Under the pieces are notes generated by a model that was not told where the DNA came from, did not search any database, and saw nothing but the letters and a program-made list of their open reading frames with translations. Shown here in pieces: positions 49,130 to 59,809 of a stretch of DNA of 64,000 bases. Position 1 is the stretch's first letter, and every line of letters begins with the position of its first letter. Source of the DNA: Candidatus Aenigmatarchaeota archaeon (GTDB taxonomy: Archaea; Aenigmatarchaeota; Aenigmatarchaeia; CG10238-14; SCSR01); NCBI GenBank assembly GCA_038998585.1, contig JAVZGQ010000001.1:9684-73683 (forward strand). Reading direction: 5' to 3'. A program made the position numbers and the translations under genes.

Positions 49130-50107
49130 TTATTTGAGTAGTTTTATTAAATCATTTATATTTTTTTTACCGCTTATAATCTCATTTATTATTCTATCCA
49201 CTTCTCCTTGAAGCACAAAACCTAAATTTGAATACGCTTGATACTGTGGCGATCCTTTGCTACCTTTTATGCTCAGCAATGCATTATTTAGTACTGCCCC
49301 CTTGTAACCTTTTATTTTATTAATATAAGTGAGAAGTGCTGCCTTTGCATTTTTTTCAATCTCTAATCCTGTTTTTATAGCATCTTGCAAGTTTTTTGTA
49401 TATTCCTCAAGCTTGAACCAATTTTCTACCATATATTGCAGAGCTTTAACGAATAGGACTGCCCCAAATACTCCAATCAACCCCCACACACCATATCCAT
49501 ACATATCTAGTAAGAAAAACCCAAATAATTGTCTAGAAGCATACATAGAAATTATAAAAGAGAGAATGAGTGTGACTGATCTTCCCACATTGCCTAGCAA
49601 ATCTTCAACTCCCACTTTGCTCATTATCCCATACATAAAAGTAAAGACAAATGCGAATGGTAAAATTAGATAAAATACTGCAAAGACAGTCCAACCCAAG
49701 TCTCCTACTTCTATTGGAAAGTAACCATTTGTCGTACAAGACCAAATAGCAATTGCATCAGTTATTTTTGTTGGGGTTTCTTTTGTCCCGAATAGACTCG
49801 TACATTTTTCCAACATAATTTGTGATGAAGGGTATTGTTGAATGAAAGTTTTGAGCAAGTTTATTTCCAACAACAAAACAAAAATGAAGAGAAAAAAGTA
49901 GCCAACATATCTTAATATCTTGCCCCATATGAAAGGTAAGAAAGTACTAATCATAAAAAGAAGTGCTGTAGAAACAATTGCCACAAAAATCATTGGATGA
50001 GCGAAGAAATCAAGTTGATTCCCAAAAAGCTTTAAAATAGCAAATTGGGCAATAAAATAAAACAATATAATTCCTAAGCCAACACCAAATACTTTAAAAT
50101 TTGGCAT
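49130..50107 (-). CDS. Hypothetical multi-pass membrane protein
   Basis: 325 aa, about six hydrophobic segments. Confidence 0.7.
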   Translation of the reverse strand: MPNFKVFGVGLGIILFYFIAQFAILKLFGNQLDFFAHPMIFVAIVSTALLFMISTFLPFIWGKILRYVGYFFLFIFVLLLEINLLKTFIQQYPSSQIMLEKCTSLFGTKETPTKITDAIAIWSCTTNGYFPIEVGDLGWTVFAVFYLILPFAFVFTFMYGIMSKVGVEDLLGNVGRSVTLILSFIISMYASRQLFGFFLLDMYGYGVWGLIGVFGAVLFVKALQYMVENWFKLEEYTKNLQDAIKTGLEIEKNAKAALLTYINKIKGYKGAVLNNALLSIKGSKGSPQYQAYSNLGFVLQGEVDRIINEIISGKKNINDLIKLLK

Positions 50108-50482
50108 AATAACTATTTAGAAACATAAGCTTAAAAATGTTAAGAAAGAATTCTTGATGCGCTATTTCTACTATTTAGATTCTGTAAGAAAAATTAGGTC
50201 AGTCTTAGATTTTAAATTAAAGAATGTTTACATACTATGAATAGTCTTTTTCTATTGTATAATATGAATTATTTTGGCTTAACATCAAACATCAAAAGAT
50301 AGTTTTCCTGCTTTTGAATAATTTTGCTGTAGTCAACTTCCGAGGTCAATCAATAAAGTTAATGAAAATTAGATTTAAGTAGCTGTGGCTAAAGGTTTTT
50401 AAATTTAAAAAGAAATAATATTAGTGAGAATTGAAGAAAAGCACTTTACCACACTGGGAGTGTTTATACTTAAAGTGTTTGA

Positions 50483-50992
50483 ATGGACATTACGCTTTTG
50501 CTGATACTTTTCATACTTCTCTATTTTTGGGTAAAATTAATTTTGAACGAAGCGATTTACATTCCTTTACCAGGTTCAACAATAAGAAAAATGTTAAAGC
50601 TCGCTAAAGTGAATAAAAAAGATTTGGTTTATGATTTGGGCGCCGGTGACGGGAGAGTTGTGATAATTGCAGCAAAAGAATTTGGTTGTAAAGCTGTAGG
50701 GATTGAGAGAAGTGCTTTGCTTGCTGCTATTTGTAGATGGAAAATAAAAAGAGCCAGGCTTCAAGGCAAAGTTAAAATTATTAATAAAAATTACTTTAAT
50801 GTCAATCTGAGCAAGGCCACAGTAATAACAGCCTACCTTTCTAAAAGACAAAATGAAAGACTTGTACCCAAGCTGAAAAAAGAATTGAGAAGTGGGACAA
50901 GAATAGTTTCTGCATCTCACATTTTTCCAGGTTTAAAAGAAATGAAAAGAATAAAAACAGGGCATTTTTATTCTTATTTATATAAAATCTAA
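50483..50992 (+). CDS. SAM-dependent methyltransferase (protein-lysine MTase-like) with N-terminal anchor
   Basis: VYDLGAGDGR, GIE, ATVIT.YL, GTRIVS. Confidence 0.85.
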   Translation: MDITLLLILFILLYFWVKLILNEAIYIPLPGSTIRKMLKLAKVNKKDLVYDLGAGDGRVVIIAAKEFGCKAVGIERSALLAAICRWKIKRARLQGKVKIINKNYFNVNLSKATVITAYLSKRQNERLVPKLKKELRSGTRIVSASHIFPGLKEMKRIKTGHFYSYLYKI

Positions 50993-51006
50993 ATTTTATT
51001 GAAAAA

Positions 51007-51088
51007 GGGTCCGTAGTCTAACGGTAGGACGTCAAGTTTGCGGAACCCTGACACGGTGAAGAAAGGAGTTCAATTCTCCTCGGACCCA
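51007..51088 (+). tRNA. tRNA-Val(GAC) with 11-nt intron at 29/30 (51035-51045)
   Basis: TCA[AGTTTGCGGAA]CC-CT-GAC-AC-GGTGA. Confidence 0.88.
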
Positions 51089-51096
51089 CTTTCTAA

Positions 51097-51183
51097 AGCC
51101 CCAGGCGGGATTTGCACCCGCGACCTCATGCTTACCATGCTTACGCAGATCTTATGCGCTCTAGCTAGCTGAGCTACTGGGGC
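51097..51183 (-). tRNA. tRNA-Thr(GGU) with 13-nt intron at 29/30 (51141-51153)
   Basis: CAT[AAGATCTGCGTAA]GC-AT-GGT-AA-GCATG; BHB helix GCGC/GCGT. Confidence 0.88.
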
Positions 51184-51472
51184 ATAATCTTATAATATGA
51201 TTTAAGTTAGAAAAATCAATTTCTTTTTTCATTTATCAAGAGACTTTTACCATAGATATCTATAAAAAGAATTTGATATGAAATGTTATTTTTATAGTTA
51301 TCTCCAATTAAATGAAATAAGGCTGAGCTTAGTGTATAAAGAATATAAGTTGGTAAGAGCATAATTTTGGAAATAATTTCACTGTTGATAATAATAAGAG
51401 CAAAAAAAGTTTTTAAGAACAATGGGATAAGTTAAGAAAATTCTTTTATTCTGAAAAATCAAATTAATTTTT

Positions 51473-52705
51473 ATGGTTGAAGAAATTTTTTTGAAAATAA
51501 TTCTTTCTCTCTCTATAGGAGCTTTAATTGGGATAGAAAGAGAGCAAAGGGCTAGAGGAGAGGTTGCCCAAGGAATAAGAACTTTCATGCTTTCTTCTCT
51601 CCTAGGTTTCCTCTCAATTCATTTTTCCTTTCTTTTCCAGTCTTTCTTACCTTTTTATATTGCTTTCATCTTTGTAGGTATTTTGACGGCATTGGCTTAT
51701 TTAAGAAAAACAAAAGAGCATGTGGGTCAAACCACAAATTTTGCCTTTCTTTTGACATTCCTTCTTGGAACTTTGGTCTTTTTTGATAAATTTCCTTTTT
51801 ATCTTTCTATCTCTCTTGCTATCCTACTGACTTTTATTCTTGCTTCAAAAGAAATCCTACACACATTTTCCAAACATTTGACAAAAAAAGAAATTTGGAA
51901 TGCTGTTTTTTTTGCAGTACTTTCTTTTGTTGTGTTGCCAATACTTCCAAATTACCCAATAGACCCACTCAATTCAATAAATCCTTTTTTGATTTGGTCA
52001 AGTGTCGTGATAGTTCTTTCTTTAAGCTTTGCCGCTTACATAATAATGAAAATTTTTGGTCCTAAGAAAGGAATAATTATTTCAGGGATTTTGGGTGGTA
52101 TAATCTCGTCTGTAGCTGTAACTATATCTATGTCAAGCAATACCAAGAAAAACAAAAGAATTTTTTATTCCGCAATGTTTTCAATCATTTTAGCATCTTC
52201 AACCATGTTCTTAAGGATGTTTTTCCTATCAACCGTCTTCAATTATAGTTTAATCTTAATGCTTTTACCACTTGTAGTTCTGAGTATTTTGGGCTACTTT
52301 TTTGCTTTTACTTTTATAGAAAAAATTAGAAAGGAAAAATCCAGCCTAGTTCTAAAATCTCCTCTCGATTTAAAAACGGCTTTAAGGTTTGGCGTGTTTT
52401 TCACGCTAACAATGGTTTTGATAAATATAACTAAGAACTATTTCAACGAGTCAATCGTCTATCCAATAGCATTCATAACAGGATTAGCTGATGTTGACGC
52501 GGTTGTAATTTCACTCTCTTCTTTAGCTTTTAATACAATCTCTCCTTCAATTGCAGCGAAAGGTATAATAATAGCAGCTATTTCAAACACTTTGTCAAAA
52601 TGGTTTTTGGCTCTGTGGTTTGGCACTAGAAAAATGGTCTTTTATTTAGGTAAAGTGTTTTTGGCTTTAGTTTTAGTCGGGATGGTGACACTATTTTTCA
52701 TTTAA
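51473..52705 (+). CDS. MgtC/SapB-family (DUF4010) membrane protein
   Basis: IGALIGIERE, GIRTF, LPILPN..IDP, GG..SS.AVT, G..DVDA. Confidence 0.88.
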   Translation: MVEEIFLKIILSLSIGALIGIEREQRARGEVAQGIRTFMLSSLLGFLSIHFSFLFQSFLPFYIAFIFVGILTALAYLRKTKEHVGQTTNFAFLLTFLLGTLVFFDKFPFYLSISLAILLTFILASKEILHTFSKHLTKKEIWNAVFFAVLSFVVLPILPNYPIDPLNSINPFLIWSSVVIVLSLSFAAYIIMKIFGPKKGIIISGILGGIISSVAVTISMSSNTKKNKRIFYSAMFSIILASSTMFLRMFFLSTVFNYSLILMLLPLVVLSILGYFFAFTFIEKIRKEKSSLVLKSPLDLKTALRFGVFFTLTMVLINITKNYFNESIVYPIAFITGLADVDAVVISLSSLAFNTISPSIAAKGIIIAAISNTLSKWFLALWFGTRKMVFYLGKVFLALVLVGMVTLFFI

Positions 52706-52763
52706 ACATATATTGTAAAAAGATTTTTTAGAAAAAACACTTGTAAGATACAGAAAAAAATTA

Positions 52764-55565
52764 TCAACCACTCCAATATTTTCTTGTTCTTATGAACCTT
52801 CTCTCTTCTTCCAAAATATCTCTCAAGAAATCGTTTTCATCTTTATGGAATCTTGCCAATATTCTCTTTGCTGTTTCAGGCCCGACCCCTCTCGCTGCTA
52901 GAGCTATAGCAGCTTTTTTGCCATAAACGAGGAAAAGATCAGCAGATTGCCTTATTTTTTCAAATTTCTTCTTCTCCCCTTCAGCCAGAGTTCCTCCCAA
53001 TTTTTTCTTAACAATCTTGATCGCTTCCATATTTTTTGGGTGAACTATTGCTAAAAGCTTAGCTTCACACTTCTTACATCTCACTTTATCTGAAATTTCT
53101 TTAGCCAAAAAGCTTTGTTGCCACTGCCCGCAATTCACGCAAACAAGCTTAATGTTAGTGTTCAAAAGTCTTTTCTTGAAAAGCTCAAAGATTTCGATTT
53201 CTGGTCTTGTCGGGCCAACAAGCTCTGAAAAGTCGTGTTTAAGACCAATTTTTCCTAAAGGTGAGATACCAGCTTTGAATATAACCCCAATTTCTTTGTT
53301 TTGGATTTTTTTCAAAATTTCTGTAGCTTTTTCTATATCAAGCTTTTCAGTTTCAAGTTCTTTTAAAGTTTCCTTGAAAATAGGCGTGTCTGTATAAATC
53401 TCAACAATTTTCCCAAGTCTCACTTTACTATAGTCAGCATCTTTGGCTATAGCCCCAAACCTTTTTGCGACATGAACAAACTTCCACTCAAACAAATTAC
53501 TTTTGCTCAAGTACATCTCTATATAATTTTTTAAATATTCTGGATTTGTTTTCATTAGAATTTCTTTCAAAATTTCTATGGCTTTGAATTGAAACTTTAA
53601 AATTATCCTGTAGGGATCTACTCTCAAACCAACAGAACCTATTCTTGTTGTTAGCAGAGAAGACAAAAGTCTACCTAGGGTTTCATTCACTAGAGAACCA
53701 AAACAAGCATGAATTATCACGGAATTTTCATGATCTTCTATCAGTATTGTTTTTTCGTCTGGTACTATTCCATACTTCTTCTGCTGTTTTATTATCTTAA
53801 TCATCTTCTTGGCACAATATTCGTCTATAGGATAATATGACAAAAGCCAGTTAGCAATTTCACCTTCACTTTTTTCTTCTAAATCTTTTGACAAAATTCC
53901 TCTCAATCTTCCAACTTCTTGTGCAACTTCAAAAGGAACCGGAATTAGCTCACCTTCCCATCCTGGTATAGCAGCTTCTATATCTTCGATGGGCTCTACA
54001 AAAATTTTGTCTTCTTCAATCGATGCTATTTTGTAAGCTTCACCTTTCAAGATGAAAGTTGTTCCTGGCTCAGCATTTAGAGCTACGAACTCTTCATCCA
54101 ACACGCCAACAAAAGAATCGTCTAAGCTATTGAAAACTTTGAACTGTTTTGTGTCAGGGATCGTGGAAAGCTGGGTGAAATAGTACTCAAAGCCTCTCCT
54201 TTTCTTTTTTATTTGACCATTTAAGAAAATTTGTCCGAGCTGCTGCAACTGCCTACAAACTTCGAGGAATTCTGAAAAGCTAAGTTTTTGATAAGGATAA
54301 GCTTTTTTCACGAGCTCGTAAGCTTTTTGAAGATCAATTTTCCAATTATCTAATGTAAGGCCAACAAGCTGATGAGCCAAAACATCAAAAGAATTTTCAT
54401 GCAACTTTAAAGTTTCTATTTCTTCTTTCAAAGCTTTTCTTGCTATAATCGCTGACTCAAAAACATCGTCTTCATCTGTCGCTATTATTATTCCTCTGCT
54501 TATTTTTTCAACACCGTGCCCACTTCTTCCTATTCTCTGGATGCATTGTGTTACAGTACGAGGAGACATGTACTGAAGTACAAGGTCAACACTTCCAATA
54601 TCAATTCCCAATTGAAGGGATGAAGTTGCTATTATGCTTTTTATTTTTTCCTCCTTAAATTCTTTTTCAGCTTTTATTCTAACTTCTTTGCTCAAGCTTG
54701 AATGGTGAACGGCTATTGGAAAATCTTTATCCAAAGCTTTAATCCTTGAAGCTAAGATTTCGGCAAATTCCCTTGTATTAGTAAAAGCTAGAACAGAGCG
54801 AGATTTTTTTATAAGCTCCATTATCATCCTAAGTCTTGCAGCAGTTTCTGGTGAGACAAAAAGCTTTTTAGCTATTTTTATGTCTTCAGCTCCAGGCTCT
54901 GGGCTCATTACTTTTATTTCCATGGTTTTTGATTGGATTGCTTTAATTGTTTCAATATTCCCATTTGGGCAGATAAACTTTGCAACTTTTTCAGGCGAAC
55001 CAACTGTTGCTGATAAACCAATGATTTGAAAATCGTGGCCAGCAAGTGCCTTCAATCTTTCTAGTGCCAAAGCCAGCTGAGTACCACGCTTGCTGTCAAC
55101 AAGCTCGTGAATTTCGTCAATCACAATATACTTCACGTTCTTCAAATGCTCTCTTATTACTTTTCCTGGCAAAATTGCCTGCAAAGTTTCTGGAGTTGTT
55201 ATCAATAGCTGGGGAGGAAATTCGGCTTGCTGCTTTCTCTCATAGGCTGAAGTGTCACCATGCCTTACAGAAGCTTCCATTCCAATTTCATTACACCACC
55301 AAAGCAATCTGCTTAGAAGATTTCGGTTGAGTGCACGGAGTGGTGTGAGATAAAGGATTGCTATAGGCTTGGAGTTTTCTTGCATAACAAGATGGAATAA
55401 AGGAAGCATGCAACTTTCTGTTTTTCCTAAGCCTGTGGGGGCAATTATCAAAACATTCTTTCCCTCCAAGATTGGTTTGAAAGCCAGCTCTTGGACTAAG
55501 GTTGGTTTAGAAAACCTTTTCTTTACCAGCTTTTGAAGCTCTGGGTTCAAAAGTTCGAAGACCAT
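52764..55565 (-). CDS. lhr: Lhr-family DEAD/DEAH helicase
   Basis: APTGLGKT, VRHGDT, DEIH, LSAT, LGIDIG, QRIGRSGH, C-terminal Zn finger. Confidence 0.92.
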   Translation of the reverse strand: MVFELLNPELQKLVKKRFSKPTLVQELAFKPILEGKNVLIIAPTGLGKTESCMLPLFHLVMQENSKPIAILYLTPLRALNRNLLSRLLWWCNEIGMEASVRHGDTSAYERKQQAEFPPQLLITTPETLQAILPGKVIREHLKNVKYIVIDEIHELVDSKRGTQLALALERLKALAGHDFQIIGLSATVGSPEKVAKFICPNGNIETIKAIQSKTMEIKVMSPEPGAEDIKIAKKLFVSPETAARLRMIMELIKKSRSVLAFTNTREFAEILASRIKALDKDFPIAVHHSSLSKEVRIKAEKEFKEEKIKSIIATSSLQLGIDIGSVDLVLQYMSPRTVTQCIQRIGRSGHGVEKISRGIIIATDEDDVFESAIIARKALKEEIETLKLHENSFDVLAHQLVGLTLDNWKIDLQKAYELVKKAYPYQKLSFSEFLEVCRQLQQLGQIFLNGQIKKKRRGFEYYFTQLSTIPDTKQFKVFNSLDDSFVGVLDEEFVALNAEPGTTFILKGEAYKIASIEEDKIFVEPIEDIEAAIPGWEGELIPVPFEVAQEVGRLRGILSKDLEEKSEGEIANWLLSYYPIDEYCAKKMIKIIKQQKKYGIVPDEKTILIEDHENSVIIHACFGSLVNETLGRLLSSLLTTRIGSVGLRVDPYRIILKFQFKAIEILKEILMKTNPEYLKNYIEMYLSKSNLFEWKFVHVAKRFGAIAKDADYSKVRLGKIVEIYTDTPIFKETLKELETEKLDIEKATEILKKIQNKEIGVIFKAGISPLGKIGLKHDFSELVGPTRPEIEIFELFKKRLLNTNIKLVCVNCGQWQQSFLAKEISDKVRCKKCEAKLLAIVHPKNMEAIKIVKKKLGGTLAEGEKKKFEKIRQSADLFLVYGKKAAIALAARGVGPETAKRILARFHKDENDFLRDILEEERRFIRTRKYWSG

Positions 55566-55690
55566 GATATCACCTATAGCTTACGCTAACAATAAGAGGA
55601 GTATATATTAAATGCTTCACTTGCATAAGTGAAATGCTAATACTAATTACTTATTATGTTTTAAATAATTTTGTGGGTAAGAAGCAAAAT

Positions 55691-56332
55691 ATGAAATTGG
55701 TATTGAAATTCTTGAAGAAAAAATACGGCAAAGAAATAAAAGAATTCCTCAAGCTCAAGAAAAATGTTTTCAAGCTTTTGGTAACAACGATCCTCTCTCA
55801 AAGAACTAGAGACGAAAACACGAGGAAAGCTTCCGAAAAATTGTTTTCAATTGCTTCAACTCCAGAAGAGATCTTAAAACTTTCAGACGAAAAACTGCAA
55901 GAGTTGATAAAACCTTCAGGCATGTACAAGCAAAAAGCCGAGAAAATAAAAAAGCTTTGCAAAATTTTGGTTGAAAAGCTTGAAGGGAAAATTCCAAAGA
56001 AAAGGGAAGAGCTACTGAAGCTTCCTGGAGTTGGAAATAAAACTGCAGATATTGTTTTGTCTTACGGTTTTGGTCTTCCTATTATAGCTGTGGATGTGCA
56101 TGTTGAAGTTTGTAGCAAAAGGCTTGGTTTGGTTGAGAAAAAAGCTAAATATATGGAAATAAGGAAGAGGCTTGAAGAAATTACCTCTGAAAAAGAAAGG
56201 TATTTTGTGAATTTGGGCTTTGTCAAGTTTGGGCAAGAGATTTGTTTAACAAGAAACCCTAAGTGTTACGCTTGCCCTTTCTTTGAATTTTGTGAGTACG
56301 AGAAGAAAAATCTTTATAAGCTTAAAAATTAG
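55691..56332 (+). CDS. nth: Endonuclease III (HhH-GPD, Fe-S cluster)
   Basis: ILSQRTRD, LPGVGNKTA, VDVHV, C...NPKC..C...C. Confidence 0.92.
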   Translation: MKLVLKFLKKKYGKEIKEFLKLKKNVFKLLVTTILSQRTRDENTRKASEKLFSIASTPEEILKLSDEKLQELIKPSGMYKQKAEKIKKLCKILVEKLEGKIPKKREELLKLPGVGNKTADIVLSYGFGLPIIAVDVHVEVCSKRLGLVEKKAKYMEIRKRLEEITSEKERYFVNLGFVKFGQEICLTRNPKCYACPFFEFCEYEKKNLYKLKN

Positions 56333-56335
56333 TTT

Positions 56336-56826
56336 ATGGTGTTTGAAGAAATTGAGATAAGAGAAGCAAGGAAAGAAGATTTGAAGATATTGTAAGGCTT
56401 TGGAAGAAGCTAACGGATTATCATCATAAGCTTAATAGCAAAAGATACTTATCTGGAGAAGAGGGGGAAGAAAAAATAAGGCAAAGCTTGGAAAAATTTT
56501 TTGAAAAGAATAGAAGGAATAGAAAATTTTTGGTGGCTGTTAAAAAAGGAAAGCTAATTGCAATGATGCTTGGTCTAATTCGCAAATCTCCAAGCTATTT
56601 GTATGGAAAGAGATTTGGTGAAATAGATGTAGCTTTCATTGAAGAAAAATTCAGGAGAAAGGGAATAGGAAGAAAGTTTTTTGAAGAATTGTTGAAATGG
56701 TTTAAGAAAAGAAAAATAAAGCTTATTGAAGTTTTGGTGGATTCTAAAAATGAGATAGGAATTTCAGCTTACAAAAATTATGGTTTTTCAGAAGTTTCGA
56801 AAAGAATGGCTCTTGAAGAAAGTTAA
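56336..56826 (+). pseudogene. GNAT acetyltransferase with a frameshift near 56381
   Basis: MVFEEIEIREARKED then a second frame EDIVRLWKKL...FRRKGIGR...YKNYGF. Confidence 0.7.
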
Positions 56827-56859
56827 AGGATATTTTGATAAAAAGCTAAATTAAGTTTG

Positions 56860-59544
56860 ATGGATCAAATCAAGTGGCATACTTTGGAAAAAGAAGAAGT
56901 TTTAAATGCTCTTGAAAGTGACGAAAAAGGGTTGAGCGAAGAAGAAGCAAAAAAGAGGCTTGAAAAATTCGGCTTCAATAGAATCGAGGAAAAAAAGAAA
57001 ATCTCTCCTCTCAAAATTTTCTTAAGGCAATTCAAAAGTTTTTTAATAGCTATATTGATTGTTGCTGCAATAGTTTCTTTTTTGTTGAAAGAATTGCTCG
57101 ATGCTTCAGCAATTTTTGCTATTTTAATCCTTAACGCTTTCCTCGGCTTTTACCAAGAATACAAAGCAGAAAAAGCTATGGAAGCTTTGAAGAAGATGAT
57201 GGTGAAAAAAATCAAGGTGTTGAGAGAAGGTAAGCAAACGGAAATTTCTTCAGAAGAGATTGTCCCAGGAGACATAATAGTTTTAGAAGAAGGTGAAGGA
57301 GTTCCTGCCGATGCTCGTTTAATAGAAAATTTCAATTTAGCTACGGACGAATCAACTTTAACTGGAGAATCAACTCCAGTTGAAAAGCAAACCAAACCAA
57401 TTCAAGATTTGTCGATAGCCGAAAGGAGCAACATGGTCTTTATGGGGACTTATGTTGCTAGAGGAATGGGAAAAGCAGTGGTTGTTCAAACAGGCATGAA
57501 CACAGAACTGGGGAAAATAGCAAAAGAGATTGAAGAAGAGGAAGAAGAAACTCCTTTGCAGAAAAAACTTGACAAATTTGGAAAATGGCTTGGTTTTTTA
57601 GTTCTTTTAATTTGTTTGTTCGTTTTCATTTTAGGTTATCTGGAAGATTTGAATATCGTTGATGACTTCTTCACGGCAGTGGCTTTAGCAGTTTCAGCAG
57701 TTCCCGAAGGCTTGCCAGCAGTTGTTACAATAGCTTTAGCTTTAGGAGTTAACAAGATGGCCAAAAGAAATTCTTTGGTTAGAAAGCTTTCTGCAGTTGA
57801 AACTTTAGGATGCACGACTGTGATTTGCGCTGATAAAACAGGGACTATGACAGCCAATGAAATGTGTGTTAGAAAAATTTGGTGTTCGAGCAAAGTTTAC
57901 GAAGTTTCCGGCACAGGCTTTGAGCCAAAAGGAGAATTTTTGTTAGGAGGAAATAAAATAGATGTTTCGAAAAACAAAGATCTCATGCTCTTGATCAAAG
58001 CAGGAGTTTATTGCAATCACACAACTCTTGAATTGAAAGAATGGAAGTGGCATGTCGTTGGAGACCCAACTGAGGGCTCTTTGGTTGTTTTGGCTTCAAA
58101 AGCTGGTCTTGCTAGGAAAGAAGAGCCTGTGTTTGAAATTCCATTTTCTTCTGAAAGGAAGCTTATGACAACAGTTTACAAAGAAGGGGAAGAGTTTGTA
58201 GTTTTCACGAAAGGTGCTCCTGAAAAAGTGCTTAAAATTTCTTCTTTTTTGCTTAGAGACGGCAAAAAAGAAAATTTGAGTGAAGAAAAAAAAGCAAAAA
58301 TAAACTTGGAAATGGAAGAAATGGCAAAACAAGGCTTTAGAGTTCTAGCTTTAGCTTACAAGAAAATTAAGAAAGTTGAAGAGAGCAATTTAGAAAAAAA
58401 TTTAACTTTTCTCGGATTTGTTGGGATGATAGATCCTCCTAGACCAGAAGTTAAAAAGGCAATAGAAACTTGCAAAGAAGCTGGGATAAAGGTTGTTATG
58501 GTAACTGGCGACCACAAACTCACAGCTTTGGCAATAGCAAGAGAAATAGGATTGACAGAAGACCAAGAAGTTTTAACTGGAGAAGAACTGGATAAAATGA
58601 GCGATGGAGAGCTTGAAGAAAAAATCGAAAAAATTTCAATATACGCAAGAGTTTCACCTCAACACAAATCAAGAATAGTTAAAGTTCTGAAGAAGAAAGG
58701 TCATGTAGTTGCTGTTACTGGCGATGGAATAAACGATGCTCCTGCTTTGAAAAAATCAGATATCGGAGTTGCGATGGGGATTAAAGGAACAGATGTTGCA
58801 AAAGAAGCAAGCGACATGATTTTGCTTGACGACAATTTTGCTACAATAGTTAATGCTGTGGAAGAAGGAAGAGGAATTTACGATAACATAAGGAAGTTTG
58901 TTAGGTTTTTGCTTTGTATCAATTTTGATGAAATAGCTTTAATAACGGCTGCAACTCTTTTATCAACATTAATACCAAATTTACCTTTGCCTTTATTGCC
59001 TTTGCAAATTCTCTGGATCAACCTTGTCACAGATGGTTTACCAGCTCTGACTTTGGCTACAGATCCTTACGAAGAAGGTTTGATGAAAAAGAAGCCAAGA
59101 AATCCAAAACAAGGGATTTTACATGGCATGCTCCTCTTCATATTAACAGCAAGCTTAGTAAATTTCATCTCAACTTTCACGATTTTCATCTGGAGCTTTA
59201 ATTCAGGCTACAGCCCAAAAGAAATAAGGAGTATGGTTTTCTGCACAGCGGTTTTCTTCGAGCTTTTCTTCGTTTTCAATTGCCGCTCAGAAAACAAATC
59301 AGTTTTCAAGAAAGGCTTTTTAGACAACAAAAAGCTTTTGGTAGCTGTTTTGATTTCTTTCTTCTTACAGTTGATGGTAGTTTATATTCCGTTCTTCCAA
59401 CAAGTTTTTGAAACATCCCCAATTGGGATGAAGGAAATGTTTTTAGTTCTTGCAATGAGCTCTTTGGCCTTTTTAGTCTTACCCGAAATTTTCATGAATA
59501 GAGATTTGAGATTCAGAAAGGAGGAAGTTAAAACTACTTTCTAA
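56860..59544 (+). CDS. P-type (type II, Ca2+-like) cation-transporting ATPase
   Basis: TGES, PEGL, DKTGT, KGAPE, DPPR, TGD, GDGIND. Confidence 0.95.
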   Translation: MDQIKWHTLEKEEVLNALESDEKGLSEEEAKKRLEKFGFNRIEEKKKISPLKIFLRQFKSFLIAILIVAAIVSFLLKELLDASAIFAILILNAFLGFYQEYKAEKAMEALKKMMVKKIKVLREGKQTEISSEEIVPGDIIVLEEGEGVPADARLIENFNLATDESTLTGESTPVEKQTKPIQDLSIAERSNMVFMGTYVARGMGKAVVVQTGMNTELGKIAKEIEEEEEETPLQKKLDKFGKWLGFLVLLICLFVFILGYLEDLNIVDDFFTAVALAVSAVPEGLPAVVTIALALGVNKMAKRNSLVRKLSAVETLGCTTVICADKTGTMTANEMCVRKIWCSSKVYEVSGTGFEPKGEFLLGGNKIDVSKNKDLMLLIKAGVYCNHTTLELKEWKWHVVGDPTEGSLVVLASKAGLARKEEPVFEIPFSSERKLMTTVYKEGEEFVVFTKGAPEKVLKISSFLLRDGKKENLSEEKKAKINLEMEEMAKQGFRVLALAYKKIKKVEESNLEKNLTFLGFVGMIDPPRPEVKKAIETCKEAGIKVVMVTGDHKLTALAIAREIGLTEDQEVLTGEELDKMSDGELEEKIEKISIYARVSPQHKSRIVKVLKKKGHVVAVTGDGINDAPALKKSDIGVAMGIKGTDVAKEASDMILLDDNFATIVNAVEEGRGIYDNIRKFVRFLLCINFDEIALITAATLLSTLIPNLPLPLLPLQILWINLVTDGLPALTLATDPYEEGLMKKKPRNPKQGILHGMLLFILTASLVNFISTFTIFIWSFNSGYSPKEIRSMVFCTAVFFELFFVFNCRSENKSVFKKGFLDNKKLLVAVLISFFLQLMVVYIPFFQQVFETSPIGMKEMFLVLAMSSLAFLVLPEIFMNRDLRFRKEEVKTTF

Positions 59545-59809
59545 AAACAAAAATAAGAAGGATAATCAAAATTGAGAAAATCAAAAGTAAAGATATGGAA
59601 GAGGCTACAAGAACAAATGCACCTGTAAAAGGAGTTGAAAATACGGCTGTAGATGGTGTATATTCTGGGATTGGAAGTTGGATGTAAGATGATATACTCT
59701 TTACTTCTATGTAAGCACCGTAGCTAAGAATACATGCAAAAAAGGAGAGTGTTAATGAAATGGTGGTAATGATGATTAATGAAAGCAACAATTTATTATA
59801 TTTCATCAT
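59534..59809 (-). CDS. Small membrane protein
   Basis: Two hydrophobic segments; overlaps neighbours. Confidence 0.5.
   Translation of the reverse strand: MMKYNKLLLSLIIITTISLTLSFFACILSYGAYIEVKSISSYIQLPIPEYTPSTAVFSTPFTGAFVLVASSISLLLIFSILIILLIFVFRK

Noticed and set aside
56370..56400. GNAT frameshift as another mRNA intron
   Set aside because: Protein continuity needs one extra base rather than removal of an insert, and no BHB is present
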